Assembly: GCA_029258795.1 (NCBI GenBank)
Contig: JAPDKB010000007.1
Span: forward strand, 224,001-288,000
DNA: 64,000 bases
Origin: an archaeon
GTDB taxonomy: Archaea; EX4484-52; WAPT01
Direction of reading: 5' to 3'
The notes beneath the pieces were generated by a model. It did no database searches and was not told where the DNA came from. It was given only the letters and a program-made list of their open reading frames with translations. Of this stretch, positions 54,726-64,000 are shown in pieces (within the stretch, counting starts at the first letter, position 1; the number at the start of each line of letters is the position of its first letter). Made by a program: the position numbers and the translations under genes.

Positions 54726-55265
54726 ATGGATCAGGGGGATGACCCTCACCATTGTAAAAGCAAGTGCTGTGTGGTGGGGGAGGATAGGGATCGTGCATTT
54801 CTGATTTATGATTCTGGCTATGATCTGGAAAATGATGAAGTAGAGGAAGATGTGGAACGATGTGTTAGGAAGCTTCTGAGTTCAAATGACCCTAAGTTGA
54901 TGAACATAAAAATTGTCCTCATCGCAAAGTATAAACGGAACGTATCAAACGGTTCTAACTTTGAGGTTGAAGTTTATTCGAAAGACGAACCCGATTCTGT
55001 TATTAAAGCCCGTGAGATCTACGATCAGATGGTCAAGAACATGAACGGGCAGTTCGAGGCTCAAAAAGAAAACGTAAGCATTGGGAAATGCGACGGTAAC
55101 TCGTGTGTTAGAATTGGAAGAATAGCGTACAGGAACAAAGTTCTAATATACGAGACAAGTGACCCAGAAACATGTGAGAATCTGACAAAGGAGTGTATTT
55201 TCAGAGTATATTCTAAGGATTATCCTGATGCGGGTGAGATTAAAGAAATGAGGAAGTATCTGTGA
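54726..55265 (+). CDS. hypothetical protein (orphan)
   Basis: ORF from ATG 54726, Cys-containing, no recognised motif. Confidence 0.55.
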   Translation: MDQGDDPHHCKSKCCVVGEDRDRAFLIYDSGYDLENDEVEEDVERCVRKLLSSNDPKLMNIKIVLIAKYKRNVSNGSNFEVEVYSKDEPDSVIKAREIYDQMVKNMNGQFEAQKENVSIGKCDGNSCVRIGRIAYRNKVLIYETSDPETCENLTKECIFRVYSKDYPDAGEIKEMRKYL

Positions 55266-55272
55266 TTTCTTG

Positions 55273-55346
55273 TGGTGCGCCGGCCGGGAATTGAACCCGG
55301 GCCTCCGCCGTGGCAGGGCGGTATCATACCACTAGACTACCGGCGC
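55273..55346 (-). tRNA. tRNA-Gly(GCC), CCA encoded
   Basis: GCGCCGGTAGTCTAGTGGTATGATACCGCCCT-GCC-ACGGCGGAGGCCCGGGTTCAATTCCCGGCCGGCGCACCA folds into a cloverleaf. Confidence 0.97.
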
Positions 55347-55449
55347 GCAACCAAGCTGGATGGAGTTATAATTGTCTGAACAAGTTTTAAAAATGTTGAC
55401 TCTCGTGTTCCATCTGAGAGCTTAAGAAAACTCGCATAGCTTGAGGTTT

Positions 55450-55665
55450 TCACTTTTTCCTCGTTGCGACAGCAACGCCAACTTTCTTTTTGGTCTGCCA
55501 GCTGTAGCTCCTCAACCTCTTGCTCCTCCCGAATCCGCATGCTGCGCAATACTTCTTTGTTATGTGGAACGCGTGCCTACCACACCTTCTGCATCTTTTG
55601 TGTGTCTTCTTCTGCCTCTTTCCAAAGGACGGCCTTCCAGCTGTGTATCTTCTTACTGCTGCCAT
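55450..55665 (-). CDS. rpl37e: 50S ribosomal protein eL37
   Basis: [14 protein letters not shown]...[17 protein letters not shown]. Confidence 0.95.
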   Translation of the reverse strand: MAAVRRYTAGRPSFGKRQKKTHKRCRRCGRHAFHITKKYCAACGFGRSKRLRSYSWQTKKKVGVAVATRKK

Positions 55666-55687
55666 AGAAACTCACACCCCAACAGCA

Positions 55688-55930
55688 CTATTTTGACACG
55701 TTTTCTTCAGGAGATGCGAAAACAACTGTATCTCCCCTGATAAGCACATCTCCTATCCGTTTGACTCCCTCTTCATCAGTAAGCTCGGCATTGCTCAGCC
55801 ACAGATTCAGATGCATGTCCAGCGCTTCAAGCACACCGTTTATTCTGTTCCCGTTCTTTAACCTCACCAAAATCCTCTTGCCCTTTGACTTATCAAGCAC
55901 GTCTATAGGTCTTTTGTCCGGCACGTTCAA
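55688..55930 (-). CDS. Sm-like (Lsm/SmAP1) protein
   Basis: RPIDVL, LDMHLNL.L, VLIRGDTV; immediately upstream of rpl37e as is typical. Confidence 0.93.
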   Translation of the reverse strand: MNVPDKRPIDVLDKSKGKRILVRLKNGNRINGVLEALDMHLNLWLSNAELTDEEGVKRIGDVLIRGDTVVFASPEENVSK

Positions 55931-56025
55931 ATCACCACCAAAATATGCTCGCTAAAAACCACACAATAAATAATGAGGAAACATATTTAAAGATTTAGTT
56001 GAATTAAACCCAAGTGTGATGCGGC

Positions 56026-56421
56026 ATGGCTATCTGGCACTCAAGATCAAGGAGGAAGCCAACTGGAGGTCGGCTCAGACCGCACAGAAAGCACAAAAAG
56101 TATGAGCTCGGTAGATTACCTGCAAGAACAACCATTGGAGAGAGAAAGCTGGAGATTATAAGAGTCAGGGGTGGAAACTACAAGTTCAGGCTTAAGAAGG
56201 TTGATTATGCCAACGTGGTTTATGAAGGCGGGAAGGTTGAAAAGAAGAAAGTCGTGGATGTTGTTGAAAACAAAGCCAATCCTCACTTTGTGAGGGAGAA
56301 GATAATAACCAAAGGCGCAATAATAAAGCTTGAGGATGGCACACTGGCGAGAGTGACAAGCCGCCCGGGACAGGATGGCGTGATCAATGTGGTTGTCATC
56401 AAAACTTCTGCCAAGGCGTGA
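56026..56421 (+). CDS. rps8e: 30S ribosomal protein eS8
   Basis: [29 protein letters not shown]. Confidence 0.97.
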   Translation: MAIWHSRSRRKPTGGRLRPHRKHKKYELGRLPARTTIGERKLEIIRVRGGNYKFRLKKVDYANVVYEGGKVEKKKVVDVVENKANPHFVREKIITKGAIIKLEDGTLARVTSRPGQDGVINVVVIKTSAKA

Positions 56422-56831
56422 GCATGAAGCTCCGGGTTTTTGGGGTCGAGATTTGGGTGGATGAACGCCACATCCTTTCTCCTTCTCCACAAGAAATTGA
56501 GAAACAAGTGAAGGAGTATCTTGAGGGCAATCGTTTCAGGTTTGATGTTAAGCTGGATTATTCGAAACTTTCAGCGGACATGGCCAGATTCATGAAAGCT
56601 CTGCAACAAGTCGAGTATGGAGAAACGATAACTTATGGTGAGCTGGGTAAAATTTTGGGTATGCACCCCCGCAAGGTTGGCGTGCTTTGCGCGAGAAACC
56701 CTCTGCCCCTTATAGTTCCGTGCCACAGGGTTGTGGGTGCTTCAGGGCTGGGTGGTTATGCTTACGGTGTTGAGTTGAAGAAAAAGCTTCTTGAGCTTGA
56801 GCAAAAGAATTCCCGAAAATGGAGAGAGTGA
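56418..56831 (+). CDS. ogt: methylated-DNA--protein-cysteine methyltransferase
   Basis: [25 protein letters not shown]. Confidence 0.92.
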   Translation: MSMKLRVFGVEIWVDERHILSPSPQEIEKQVKEYLEGNRFRFDVKLDYSKLSADMARFMKALQQVEYGETITYGELGKILGMHPRKVGVLCARNPLPLIVPCHRVVGASGLGGYAYGVELKKKLLELEQKNSRKWRE

Positions 56832-56835
56832 TAGC

Positions 56836-57609
56836 TTACCTCAAATGCACATGGACTTCCGTCTTTAACAATGAGATTAGCTTTTCTGTAAAGCTTTCCT
56901 TTGGAGGGTTCTCCTCCAGCAGGAGATAAGCTATCTTTCTTATCTCGCGGGACGGCTTTATGTAGGGATCAACCAGATAGACGGGTATGCCTTTAGATAT
57001 GGCTCCTCTAACTTTACCGTGCTCCTTAACCACGCCCAGCACTCTTGCGTTCAGCACGCTCTCTATATCATGGGGTTTGAGTTCATGCTTCTCTCCTCTA
57101 TGCATATTAACTATCACTCCTGCAACCTCCTTGCCGAGCTTTCTGACAAAATCGGCAGCCATTTTGGCATTTTGCACGGATGGTAACTCTGGGGTGGTTA
57201 CCAGCACAACCTCATCGCTCGCTTCAACCGCAGCCCTCACTTCGTCATTCACGCCCGGTGCGGAATCTATGAGAATGAGGTCATAAACACCTATGAGCCT
57301 CGATAGATGTTTCTCAAGCCCGCCAAGCTCTGCTTCCAGCTCCGCCATGGATGCAGGGATAACCTTGAAGCCAACGGGATGCTGGTATATAGCGTGTAAT
57401 ATGTACGCTTCATTCTTTATCACATCATTTAGGGTTACGGGATGTGTTTCGGGCACGCCAAGATGGGTTGCGAGGTTTGGACCGCTCACATTGCCATCTA
57501 TTACCAGAACATGCTTGCCTGCCTTTGAAAGCGCAGCCGCAATATTTGAAACGATGGTGGTTTTACCCACACCCCCCTTTCCGGAGATTACGGCAACGAT
57601 TTTCGTCAT
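56836..57609 (-). CDS. minD: MinD/ParA-family ATPase (archaeal MinD-like)
   Basis: SGKGGVGKTT deviant Walker A, IDSAPG, VTTPE. Confidence 0.85.
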   Translation of the reverse strand: MTKIVAVISGKGGVGKTTIVSNIAAALSKAGKHVLVIDGNVSGPNLATHLGVPETHPVTLNDVIKNEAYILHAIYQHPVGFKVIPASMAELEAELGGLEKHLSRLIGVYDLILIDSAPGVNDEVRAAVEASDEVVLVTTPELPSVQNAKMAADFVRKLGKEVAGVIVNMHRGEKHELKPHDIESVLNARVLGVVKEHGKVRGAISKGIPVYLVDPYIKPSREIRKIAYLLLEENPPKESFTEKLISLLKTEVHVHLR

Positions 57610-57663
57610 GTGTTTTATGTTAAATTGTCAAAAATATAAAGGTTAGTTCTGCTATCTCAAAAC

Positions 57664-58788
57664 ATGCTTTATTTCGGCTGGGAGAAGGAAGTTGTCATGA
57701 TACTCTACTCCATCCCATCCCTCTTCAAACTCAGCACTCTCGTGTCCCACTCCTTTTATCTCATGTTCGTGATATGGCTCATTCTCCTCTACAAAAAGAA
57801 AAGAAACGAACTCCCTTTACATCTTCTCGGATTGGTGTCAACCTTCCTTCTCGTTAATATCATCAAGCACACCACGGCAGTTCCCAGACCATTTGAGGTT
57901 TATGGAATAACCAACAGTGTGATGCATTTCGGTTCTTCGTTTCCGTCAACGCATGCAGCACTCTCATCATTCATGGCTGCGTCCATTGCTCTTTTTTGGA
58001 GAGGTGGGAAGAAGGGTAGAAATGAAGGAAAGCGTGCAGTTATAGCTGGATTTTTCCTTTGGGCTCTCCTGATTTCTCTGTCCCGCTGGGTTCTGCTGCT
58101 GCACTACCTTGTTGATGTGGCGGTAGGATGGGCGATTGGAACAGGAATTCCGCTCCTTTTCTGGATTGTGATGAATGAGAGGGTAAGCAGTGAAATTGTG
58201 AGGAAGGGGATTCACATTGGTGTTGGGTATGGTGTTGCGCTTGTTGTGTTTAAGTACGGCTCTTACGTCGCTCCCGCGTTACTGCTCATAGCGCTGGTTT
58301 CAATCATTGTGACGGCTCTCCTCAAAAAGAACCTCCTGCCTCGGAGCATTTTGATGCTCGTTGGAAAAGCTGAAAGGAGGGAAGACCTCGAAAGCTTTCC
58401 CTTGAGGGGTGTCGTGTTCTTCTTCCTGTCCTCGGGCATCGTAAGCGCTGTTTTTTCAAATGAGATTGCTGCTTCTGCTATAGCAGCTCTTGCGGTTGGA
58501 GACGGGATGGCGACGCTGATTGGGAGGAAGTGGGGTAAACACAAGTTGAAATACAACATGAGGAAGAGTGTTGAGGGTACGGTTGCATGCTTCCTGTTTT
58601 CATTTCTTGCTTCTCTACCCATTCTCGGAGTTTCACTTTCCATAATAAACGGTGTGGTTGCCAGCATTGTGGAGTCATTGCCTCACAGAGAACATACAAG
58701 GTTGGGCTTGTTGCTCGATGACAATTTCACCATTCCGTTGGCGTGCTGCTCTGTCCTGTATCTGACCAAAATCTTTATATCGGGGTGA
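57664..58788 (+). CDS. fusion of PAP2 phosphatase and dolichol/phytol-kinase-like (SEC59/VTE5) domain
   Basis: KHTTAVPRP, SFPSTH, SRWVLLLHYLVD; then RKGIH, GDGMATLIG, KSVEG, DDNF. Confidence 0.8.
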   Translation: MLYFGWEKEVVMILYSIPSLFKLSTLVSHSFYLMFVIWLILLYKKKRNELPLHLLGLVSTFLLVNIIKHTTAVPRPFEVYGITNSVMHFGSSFPSTHAALSSFMAASIALFWRGGKKGRNEGKRAVIAGFFLWALLISLSRWVLLLHYLVDVAVGWAIGTGIPLLFWIVMNERVSSEIVRKGIHIGVGYGVALVVFKYGSYVAPALLLIALVSIIVTALLKKNLLPRSILMLVGKAERREDLESFPLRGVVFFFLSSGIVSAVFSNEIAASAIAALAVGDGMATLIGRKWGKHKLKYNMRKSVEGTVACFLFSFLASLPILGVSLSIINGVVASIVESLPHREHTRLGLLLDDNFTIPLACCSVLYLTKIFISG

Positions 58789-58804
58789 GAGTAAAACCAC
58801 TTTC

Positions 58805-59455
58805 ATGGGGATTGTGTCCAAACTTCTCGCACCTTTTAGAAGCACACTGGAAAATGATGTGTTTAAGGCGCTGGTTGAGCTTGCAAATCTGTCCAGCACA
58901 ACATGTTCCATGTTAATCAGGATGATTGAGAGTGATAACAAGAACCTTGTGAGAAAAATATCGAAAAATGAGAGGCACGGGGATGAAATAAGGAGAAATG
59001 TTGAGAAGCTGTTGTTTGAAGGGGCGTTTCTTCCTCAATCAAGACCTCTCTTTTTCACACTTGCCGAGAGGATGGACAGCGTGATAGACAGCATTGAGGA
59101 CTGCGCCAAGATATACGAGGCAGCACAACAAATTGATGAGGAGATAAAGAGGCGTGTGCTCCACATTCTCGACGTAACTAAAGAGGCATGCGATTGTTTC
59201 TGTGATGCATTGCTAAGCTTTTTCAGGGGAGACGAAAGGAGAATGCAGGAAAAAATAGCAGTGATAAACGAGATTGAAGCGAGGATAGATGATGTGAAAC
59301 ATGAGGTGTTCAAGAGCATGGTAAGGAGCAGGGATAAGTGCTTCTGGAAGGAAAAGTGTATGGAAGATTTTGTTGACAGCGCGGAGGAAATCAGCGACAA
59401 ATTGCAAGATGCTGCTGATACATTAAGCGTCATAGCTGCTAGCATGAAGGTGTGA
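58805..59455 (+). CDS. DUF47 / PhoU-like phosphate transport regulator
   Basis: ERHGDEIRR...GAFLP, D.VID.IED, E..ID, ISD.LQDAAD; upstream of a PiT-like gene. Confidence 0.85.
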   Translation: MGIVSKLLAPFRSTLENDVFKALVELANLSSTTCSMLIRMIESDNKNLVRKISKNERHGDEIRRNVEKLLFEGAFLPQSRPLFFTLAERMDSVIDSIEDCAKIYEAAQQIDEEIKRRVLHILDVTKEACDCFCDALLSFFRGDERRMQEKIAVINEIEARIDDVKHEVFKSMVRSRDKCFWKEKCMEDFVDSAEEISDKLQDAADTLSVIAASMKV

Positions 59456-60393
59456 AGATGATGGTGTTGCATTTTGATGGTGAGCTAACCCTGCTCTTAC
59501 TCTCTCTCGCTGCGGTATGCATTCTCAATCTGCCCTTGCTTGCTGTGATGCCAGTAAGGTGTGAGGTGCTTGGGAAAAAAAGTTCCATTGCGATGTTCTT
59601 GGTTGCGATACTCCTCGGTTTTTATGTGAGTGGAAACAAAGTCATGACGACTGTGAGCAGTGAGATAGCCAAAATTGATAGCACCGGGTTTTTGATGGCA
59701 AGTGCGCTAACATTCCTCATCATGATAACACTCAGCCTGCGCGACATACCCGCCTCAGTACAGCAGGTTATGGTGATGTGTATAGCGGGAATAGCTGTGG
59801 GAAGTTGTGCTGCTATCAACACAGGAAAAATTGTGGAGATCGTTCTCTCCTGGATTGGAAGCATTCTTCTTTCAGCTTCAATCAGTTTGTTGCTCTATCC
59901 GCGGTTGCGCTCAGTATTCAACAGTCTCACTCCATTGAAAAGAGAAGCAGGGATGAGGGTGTTTATGATTCTGGTACTTTTCTTGCTTTCTATGGCATCC
60001 GGCTCAAGCACGGTTGCAACGGCTGTGTCGCCACTTTCAATCGTAACGGACAGCAAAGCTGTTCTTGCAGGAGTTGTGATGGTTTTCGCTTTTTTCGGAG
60101 TTATTGCAAGATATTGGCTATTTCATGCAATTCCTCCTCGACTGCTGGACAATCTGGATGTGAGTGCTGTGGCGTTGGTGCAGATGAGCGCTGCCCTTTC
60201 CGTGTTTTTGTTCTCGCTGGTGGGTATGCCTGTATCCATAAACCACGCTGTTTTTGCATCGTTGTTTGTGGTCAGCTACCTGAAGGACATCAGGATTCTG
60301 GAGAGGAAGGTGATCAGAAATTTCGTGAGGAATGGATTGGGGGTGCCTCTCCTCTCCTTTATTGCTGGGGCGGTTGTTTCAGCCATCATGTGA
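59452..60393 (+). CDS. PiT-family (inorganic phosphate transporter-like) protein, divergent
   Basis: IPASVQQ, IVLSWI.S, GMPVSINHA; paired with DUF47; GANDxAN motifs not intact. Confidence 0.65.
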   Translation: MKMMVLHFDGELTLLLLSLAAVCILNLPLLAVMPVRCEVLGKKSSIAMFLVAILLGFYVSGNKVMTTVSSEIAKIDSTGFLMASALTFLIMITLSLRDIPASVQQVMVMCIAGIAVGSCAAINTGKIVEIVLSWIGSILLSASISLLLYPRLRSVFNSLTPLKREAGMRVFMILVLFLLSMASGSSTVATAVSPLSIVTDSKAVLAGVVMVFAFFGVIARYWLFHAIPPRLLDNLDVSAVALVQMSAALSVFLFSLVGMPVSINHAVFASLFVVSYLKDIRILERKVIRNFVRNGLGVPLLSFIAGAVVSAIM

Positions 60394-60428
60394 AAGATTT
60401 ATAAGCAGGTTAAGCTTATAGAAAAGCT

Positions 60429-60656
60429 ATGCAACTGGAAGGATTGCGCGAGATGAAGGAAGGTAGATTTGTGTTGTTCTGGGTGCTCGGAGCGCTGCTC
60501 ATGCTTGTGGGGAGCTGGATAGCTGGACACGTGGAATGGACGGTGGGTACAACGAAAGCAGCTTATTATGGTGCCATAGTCCTTGCGTTCCTGCTGTTTC
60601 TGCTTGCAGGGCTCTGCTGGGTGGGTGTGGCTGTAGGTGTGAGCAAGCATGTTTGA
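60429..60656 (+). CDS. small two-TM membrane protein
   Basis: Two hydrophobic helices; overlaps the HD gene start; may start at ATG 60453. Confidence 0.6.
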   Translation: MQLEGLREMKEGRFVLFWVLGALLMLVGSWIAGHVEWTVGTTKAAYYGAIVLAFLLFLLAGLCWVGVAVGVSKHV

Positions 60657-61266
60657 AGGGCTTGGGTTGAGCAATAAGGAAGTTGAGCTGCTGGAAAAGC
60701 TAGATGAGTTCGTAAAGCAGGAGCTTGAAACCAAGGAGGAGCAGAGTGTGGCACATCGTTACGACCATCTTAGGAGAGTTTTGAGGAACGCGCTCATGCT
60801 GGCTCAGCAGGAAGGTATGGAGGTTGATTACTTCGTTCTTTGCGCGGCATGCCTGCTTCATGACATAGATTCGCCCTACGAGAGGAAGAATGAGCATGTT
60901 GAGCTTTCTGCAAGACGTGCAAGAGAGATCATGGAAGAGCTGAAGTTTCCTCAGGACAAGATGGAAAGGGTTGTGCGAGTTATAGAGCAGCATTCAACTG
61001 AAAAGCCGGCCGAAATAGTTGATCTCGAGGCAAAGCTGCTTTTCGATGCTGACAAGCTGGATGGTGTTGGTGCTGTTGGTGTGGCGAGGGTGTTTCTTTA
61101 CTGCGGGCAGAAGGGTATGAGCATTGAGGAAGCTGCGGAATGGTACAGAAAGAAGATGGAGATTGCCGCCGGAATGATTCAAACGGGAACTGGAAGAAAG
61201 CTGATGGAAAAAAGAGCAAAGCTCACACTGGAATTTCTGGAGATGCTGGAAAAAGAAATGGGATGA
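60649..61266 (+). CDS. HD domain phosphohydrolase
   Basis: AHRYDHLRRV, LLHDI, DADKLDGVGAVG.AR. Confidence 0.9.
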   Translation: MFEGLGLSNKEVELLEKLDEFVKQELETKEEQSVAHRYDHLRRVLRNALMLAQQEGMEVDYFVLCAACLLHDIDSPYERKNEHVELSARRAREIMEELKFPQDKMERVVRVIEQHSTEKPAEIVDLEAKLLFDADKLDGVGAVGVARVFLYCGQKGMSIEEAAEWYRKKMEIAAGMIQTGTGRKLMEKRAKLTLEFLEMLEKEMG

Positions 61267-61276
61267 AAGCGCTCTG

Positions 61277-61936
61277 CTACCCTTTTCCAATTGGCTCCAG
61301 CTCCACAACGCTTACCTCGCTGCTCACCATGCTCCCGAACTTTTCAGCGCTCGCCGGCAGATCTATATCCCTCCACTTTCCAAAATGCATCGGCACAGCG
61401 TATCTTGGTTTTATGGTGTTTGCCGCCTTAGCTGCCTGCTCCTCATCCATCACGTAGGTGCCGCCGATTGGCAGGAGTGCAATATCGATGTTTTCGGAGG
61501 CAAGCTCCCCCATCTCCGGAATGAACTCTGTATCGCCAGCGTGATAAACCTTGATGCCGTCAACCACGAAAACAAAGCCCACATGTCCTTTCTCCTTTGG
61601 ATGGAATGGCTTTGTGGGGTTGTAAGCAGGCACAGCTCTTATTTTTACGCCCTTTACCTCTACCTCATCTCCCGGCTTCACCGTAACGCTGTTCTCATAA
61701 TCCTTTGTGACGCTTTCCGGGCCAACCACAACCGTGTCATCCTTACTTATTTTTGCTATGTTCTCATCGTCCTTGTGGTCGAAGTGCTCGTGGCTCACAA
61801 GCACGATGTCCGCCTTTGCCGGATTCTCATCCAGAACATAGGGATCTGTGTAGATAACCACGTCCTTGCCAGCAATCCTGAACGAAGCGTGGCCCAGCCA
61901 TTCCACCTTTACTCCATTAATTTCGAGCACGCGCAT
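61277..61936 (-). CDS. metallo-beta-lactamase-fold hydrolase (UPF0173-like)
   Basis: WLGHASF, TDPY, SHEHFDH, YHAGDT, LPIGG, PMH. Confidence 0.92.
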   Translation of the reverse strand: MRVLEINGVKVEWLGHASFRIAGKDVVIYTDPYVLDENPAKADIVLVSHEHFDHKDDENIAKISKDDTVVVGPESVTKDYENSVTVKPGDEVEVKGVKIRAVPAYNPTKPFHPKEKGHVGFVFVVDGIKVYHAGDTEFIPEMGELASENIDIALLPIGGTYVMDEEQAAKAANTIKPRYAVPMHFGKWRDIDLPASAEKFGSMVSSEVSVVELEPIGKG

Positions 61937-62000
61937 GCTTTGAATTTCGGGTTGAAAGGATAAAAATGTGATGGCTAAGCTCAGCCGGCGTGGCCGAAAC

Positions 62001-62053
62001 CTTTAAATAGATGTAAAGCTTACTTTACATCAGATGTAAAGAAAACTTTACAT
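62001..62053 (+). promoter_or_regulatory. TATA box followed by two tandem palindromic operators ATGTAAAG-N4-CTTTACAT
   Basis: CTTTAAATA 62001-09; palindromes at 62011-62030 and 62034-62053; GAGGTGA RBS follows. Confidence 0.8.
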
Positions 62054-62064
62054 GAGGTGAGAAT

Positions 62065-62445
62065 ATGGAGCTTGCGGATCGGGATAAGCTGAGGGGTGTG
62101 CTTAATATTGTGGTGTTAATGCTCGCGGGTTATGTGATGGGTACTGCCTCCGAAAAAGGCGATGTTCTGACTTTTACATGCACTTTGATCCTTGCGACGG
62201 TGGCTGTTGGTATCATATCCGTGGTACTCGGACCCATGCAGAGGGGAGATGAGAGAATGCTCAAGCGTTCCGAGGAAGCTGCATTGCTGTCGGTCAGGAT
62301 ATGCGCGTTTGCGGGATTGCTGGCTTTTGCTTATTCCGCGATGCTGGAATTTGAAAAGATGAGTTTGCTCTTCCTTGGAATGGCCGTGCCGGGTATGGTG
62401 TGGGTCGTGCTTTATTTCGTGCTGGTGTGGAGGGATGTGCGGTGA
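62065..62445 (+). CDS. DUF2178-like membrane protein
   Basis: Four TMs with a central GDER motif; coupled to an XRE gene. Confidence 0.65.
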   Translation: MELADRDKLRGVLNIVVLMLAGYVMGTASEKGDVLTFTCTLILATVAVGIISVVLGPMQRGDERMLKRSEEAALLSVRICAFAGLLAFAYSAMLEFEKMSLLFLGMAVPGMVWVVLYFVLVWRDVR

Positions 62446-62636
62446 AGAACAGGGTGAAGGAGCTGAGAGAAAAGCGCGGGATGACGCAGGAAGAACTTGC
62501 CAGAGCTCTTGGGGTTACAAGGCAGACAATAATAGCAATAGAGAAAGGGAAGTATGATCCCTCGTTGAAGCTTGCCTTAAAGATAGCGAGGTTCTTTGGG
62601 GTGAGGGTGGAGGATGTGTTTGAGGTGGAGGAGTGA
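62442..62636 (+). CDS. XRE-family HTH transcriptional regulator
   Basis: NRVKELR...[28 protein letters not shown]; GTG start overlaps the upstream stop. Confidence 0.93.
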   Translation: MKNRVKELREKRGMTQEELARALGVTRQTIIAIEKGKYDPSLKLALKIARFFGVRVEDVFEVEE

Positions 62637-62643
62637 GCAGATA

Positions 62644-63102
62644 TTATTTTTTAATATTCTTTTCCATTATCAGTACAGTTTCATCTTCATCCTCCTTCAG
62701 CACGCCTGCCATTCTGTAACCGTTCTTCTCATAAAATTCCTTTACGTTTGAAGCCACTCCAGCTGAGATCCTTTCAATGCCTGAAGTGTTTGCGACATCT
62801 TCCAAAGCTCTCAGGAGCTTGGTACCGATGCCCTTCCTCCAGTAAGAAGACAAAACTGCAATCGCCTCGAGTATTAACTCGTTGTTTTGCTGACGCGCAA
62901 AAACGATCCCTACGATTTTTTCTTCGTCGCCATCCTTCTTGTAACATCCAAGGAAGAATCTGGGATTTTCATGAAACCATTCCCTCACTACTGATAGAGG
63001 CACATTATTGTTTACATAATCCCTGTAAATGGAATAAACTTCATCGAGATCTTTTTCTGAGATTTGCTTGATGGTTATGTTTTCTGTCATGAATTTGTAC
63101 AC
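62644..63102 (-). CDS. GNAT family N-acetyltransferase
   Basis: IAVLSSYWRKGIGTKLL, FYEKNGY. Confidence 0.9.
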   Translation of the reverse strand: MYKFMTENITIKQISEKDLDEVYSIYRDYVNNNVPLSVVREWFHENPRFFLGCYKKDGDEEKIVGIVFARQQNNELILEAIAVLSSYWRKGIGTKLLRALEDVANTSGIERISAGVASNVKEFYEKNGYRMAGVLKEDEDETVLIMEKNIKK

Positions 63103-63257
63103 TGGTGGTTCAAAAATAAAAAATCATAAGACACGAGTTTGAAATGTTCGGAAACTGTGAGAGAATTGAGTTGAAAAATGTGAGGATAGGGAATGAGCAT
63201 TTGTTGGTGTGAAGCTCGCAAATCTATTTTTAAATTTTAGTAACTAACGAGTGATTA

Positions 63258-64000
63258 ATGATGTTGGAAAAGGTGCCAGTACCTTCCCAAATGAGGAGAA
63301 TCCTCCTTTCAAGTGGGATAGATAATGCTCGAGAGATAGATAAGGAAGTCTACAGATACTGGACAGAAGTGATGCATCCGGCTGTTGCTCACGGTCCCGC
63401 GCATAAAGATAGAGCATCCTATTTCGGGTTAGAGTTCTACTTAGAAAACGCGTTCGTGGGAAAGGAGAAGATAGAGCCAGATATGGTCGTCAATGCGCTG
63501 CAGCTTCATGATATTCATAAAAGCGGTGGTGTAACCAGCACGAAAGACGCAAAGATAAGCGCCGAGATAGCTTATGACATTCTGAGAAAGTATTATTCCG
63601 GTAATGAGCGTGACAAGTTAGATAGAATATGCGGGGCTATAGAATCTCACAGTGATCCATTTGAAGATAAAGAGCCTGAGGAGGCGGATCCTCTAGTCAT
63701 ACTGGTTTACATTGGAGATAAGATGGATATGAGTTATGATAGACTGTGTGCATATATCAGTTGGCTGGATTATCTGATGGAAAAAGGGGAGGGTGAGAAA
63801 AAGTATACCACTACACCCTATCGAGTGCTCAGTGCATGGTTTAGAAGGATGGAGAAAACCGCAAGGATATTTGAGCAGATAGAAAGAATAATACCTGAAG
63901 CGTCATACATCGTTCTAGGTTTGAGAAATGAACGATACTCTATGAATTTTGGGGCGCCAGGGAGATACCATGGCACAGGAGGAAAAAGGCCGACCACTCT
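63258..64000 (+). CDS. divergent HD-domain protein, partial (runs off the window end)
   Basis: Manual translation: AHGPAHKDR...LQLHDIHK...IESHS...IGDKMD; frame open to base 64000. Confidence 0.7.
   Translation, partial: MMLEKVPVPSQMRRILLSSGIDNAREIDKEVYRYWTEVMHPAVAHGPAHKDRASYFGLEFYLENAFVGKEKIEPDMVVNALQLHDIHKSGGVTSTKDAKISAEIAYDILRKYYSGNERDKLDRICGAIESHSDPFEDKEPEEADPLVILVYIGDKMDMSYDRLCAYISWLDYLMEKGEGEKKYTTTPYRVLSAWFRRMEKTARIFEQIERIIPEASYIVLGLRNERYSMNFGAPGRYHGTGGKRPTT

Noticed and set aside
53400-55346. Integrated element at the 3' end of tRNA-Gly
   Set aside because: I saw no integrase and no duplicated tRNA 3' end, and housekeeping rdgB lies within the region
1-64000. CRISPR array, IS element, rRNA or SRP/RNase P RNA
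   Set aside because: No regularly spaced repeats, transposase motifs or consensus sequences were seen by eye; a covariance-model scan would be needed to exclude divergent RNAs

Overview
Gene-dense archaeal chromosome segment (TFB, Rpo4, eL21, eL37, eS1, eS8, Lsm, Pus10, Trm1, tRNA-Gly(GCC)). Gene content suggests a thermophilic DPANN-type archaeon: many tRNA-modification and base-damage repair genes, giant cysteine-rich surface proteins and almost no biosynthetic metabolism. The taxonomy is inference, not a database result. Accessory or unexplained elements: (i) an AT-rich three-gene defence operon in which a DUF262/DUF1524 (GmrSD-type) gene lies between a Type II-like REase and its MTase, next to a frameshifted permease remnant; (ii) an uncharacterised cluster of an HhH-nucleotidyltransferase, an 852-aa metal-TIM-barrel with a long coiled-coil insert, a disordered protein and a tandem paralog pair; (iii) two giant surface-protein loci with perfectly identical internal DNA repeats; (iv) a box C/D guide sRNA and a separate GC-rich RNA with two alternative folds; (v) a stand-alone LigD/Prim-Pol-like AEP, a PAP2 phosphatase-isoprenoid kinase fusion and a double-palindrome XRE operator. 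I saw no CRISPR array, rRNA, transposase, integrase or reverse transcriptase. Several start codons were moved from the ORF track to more plausible positions.
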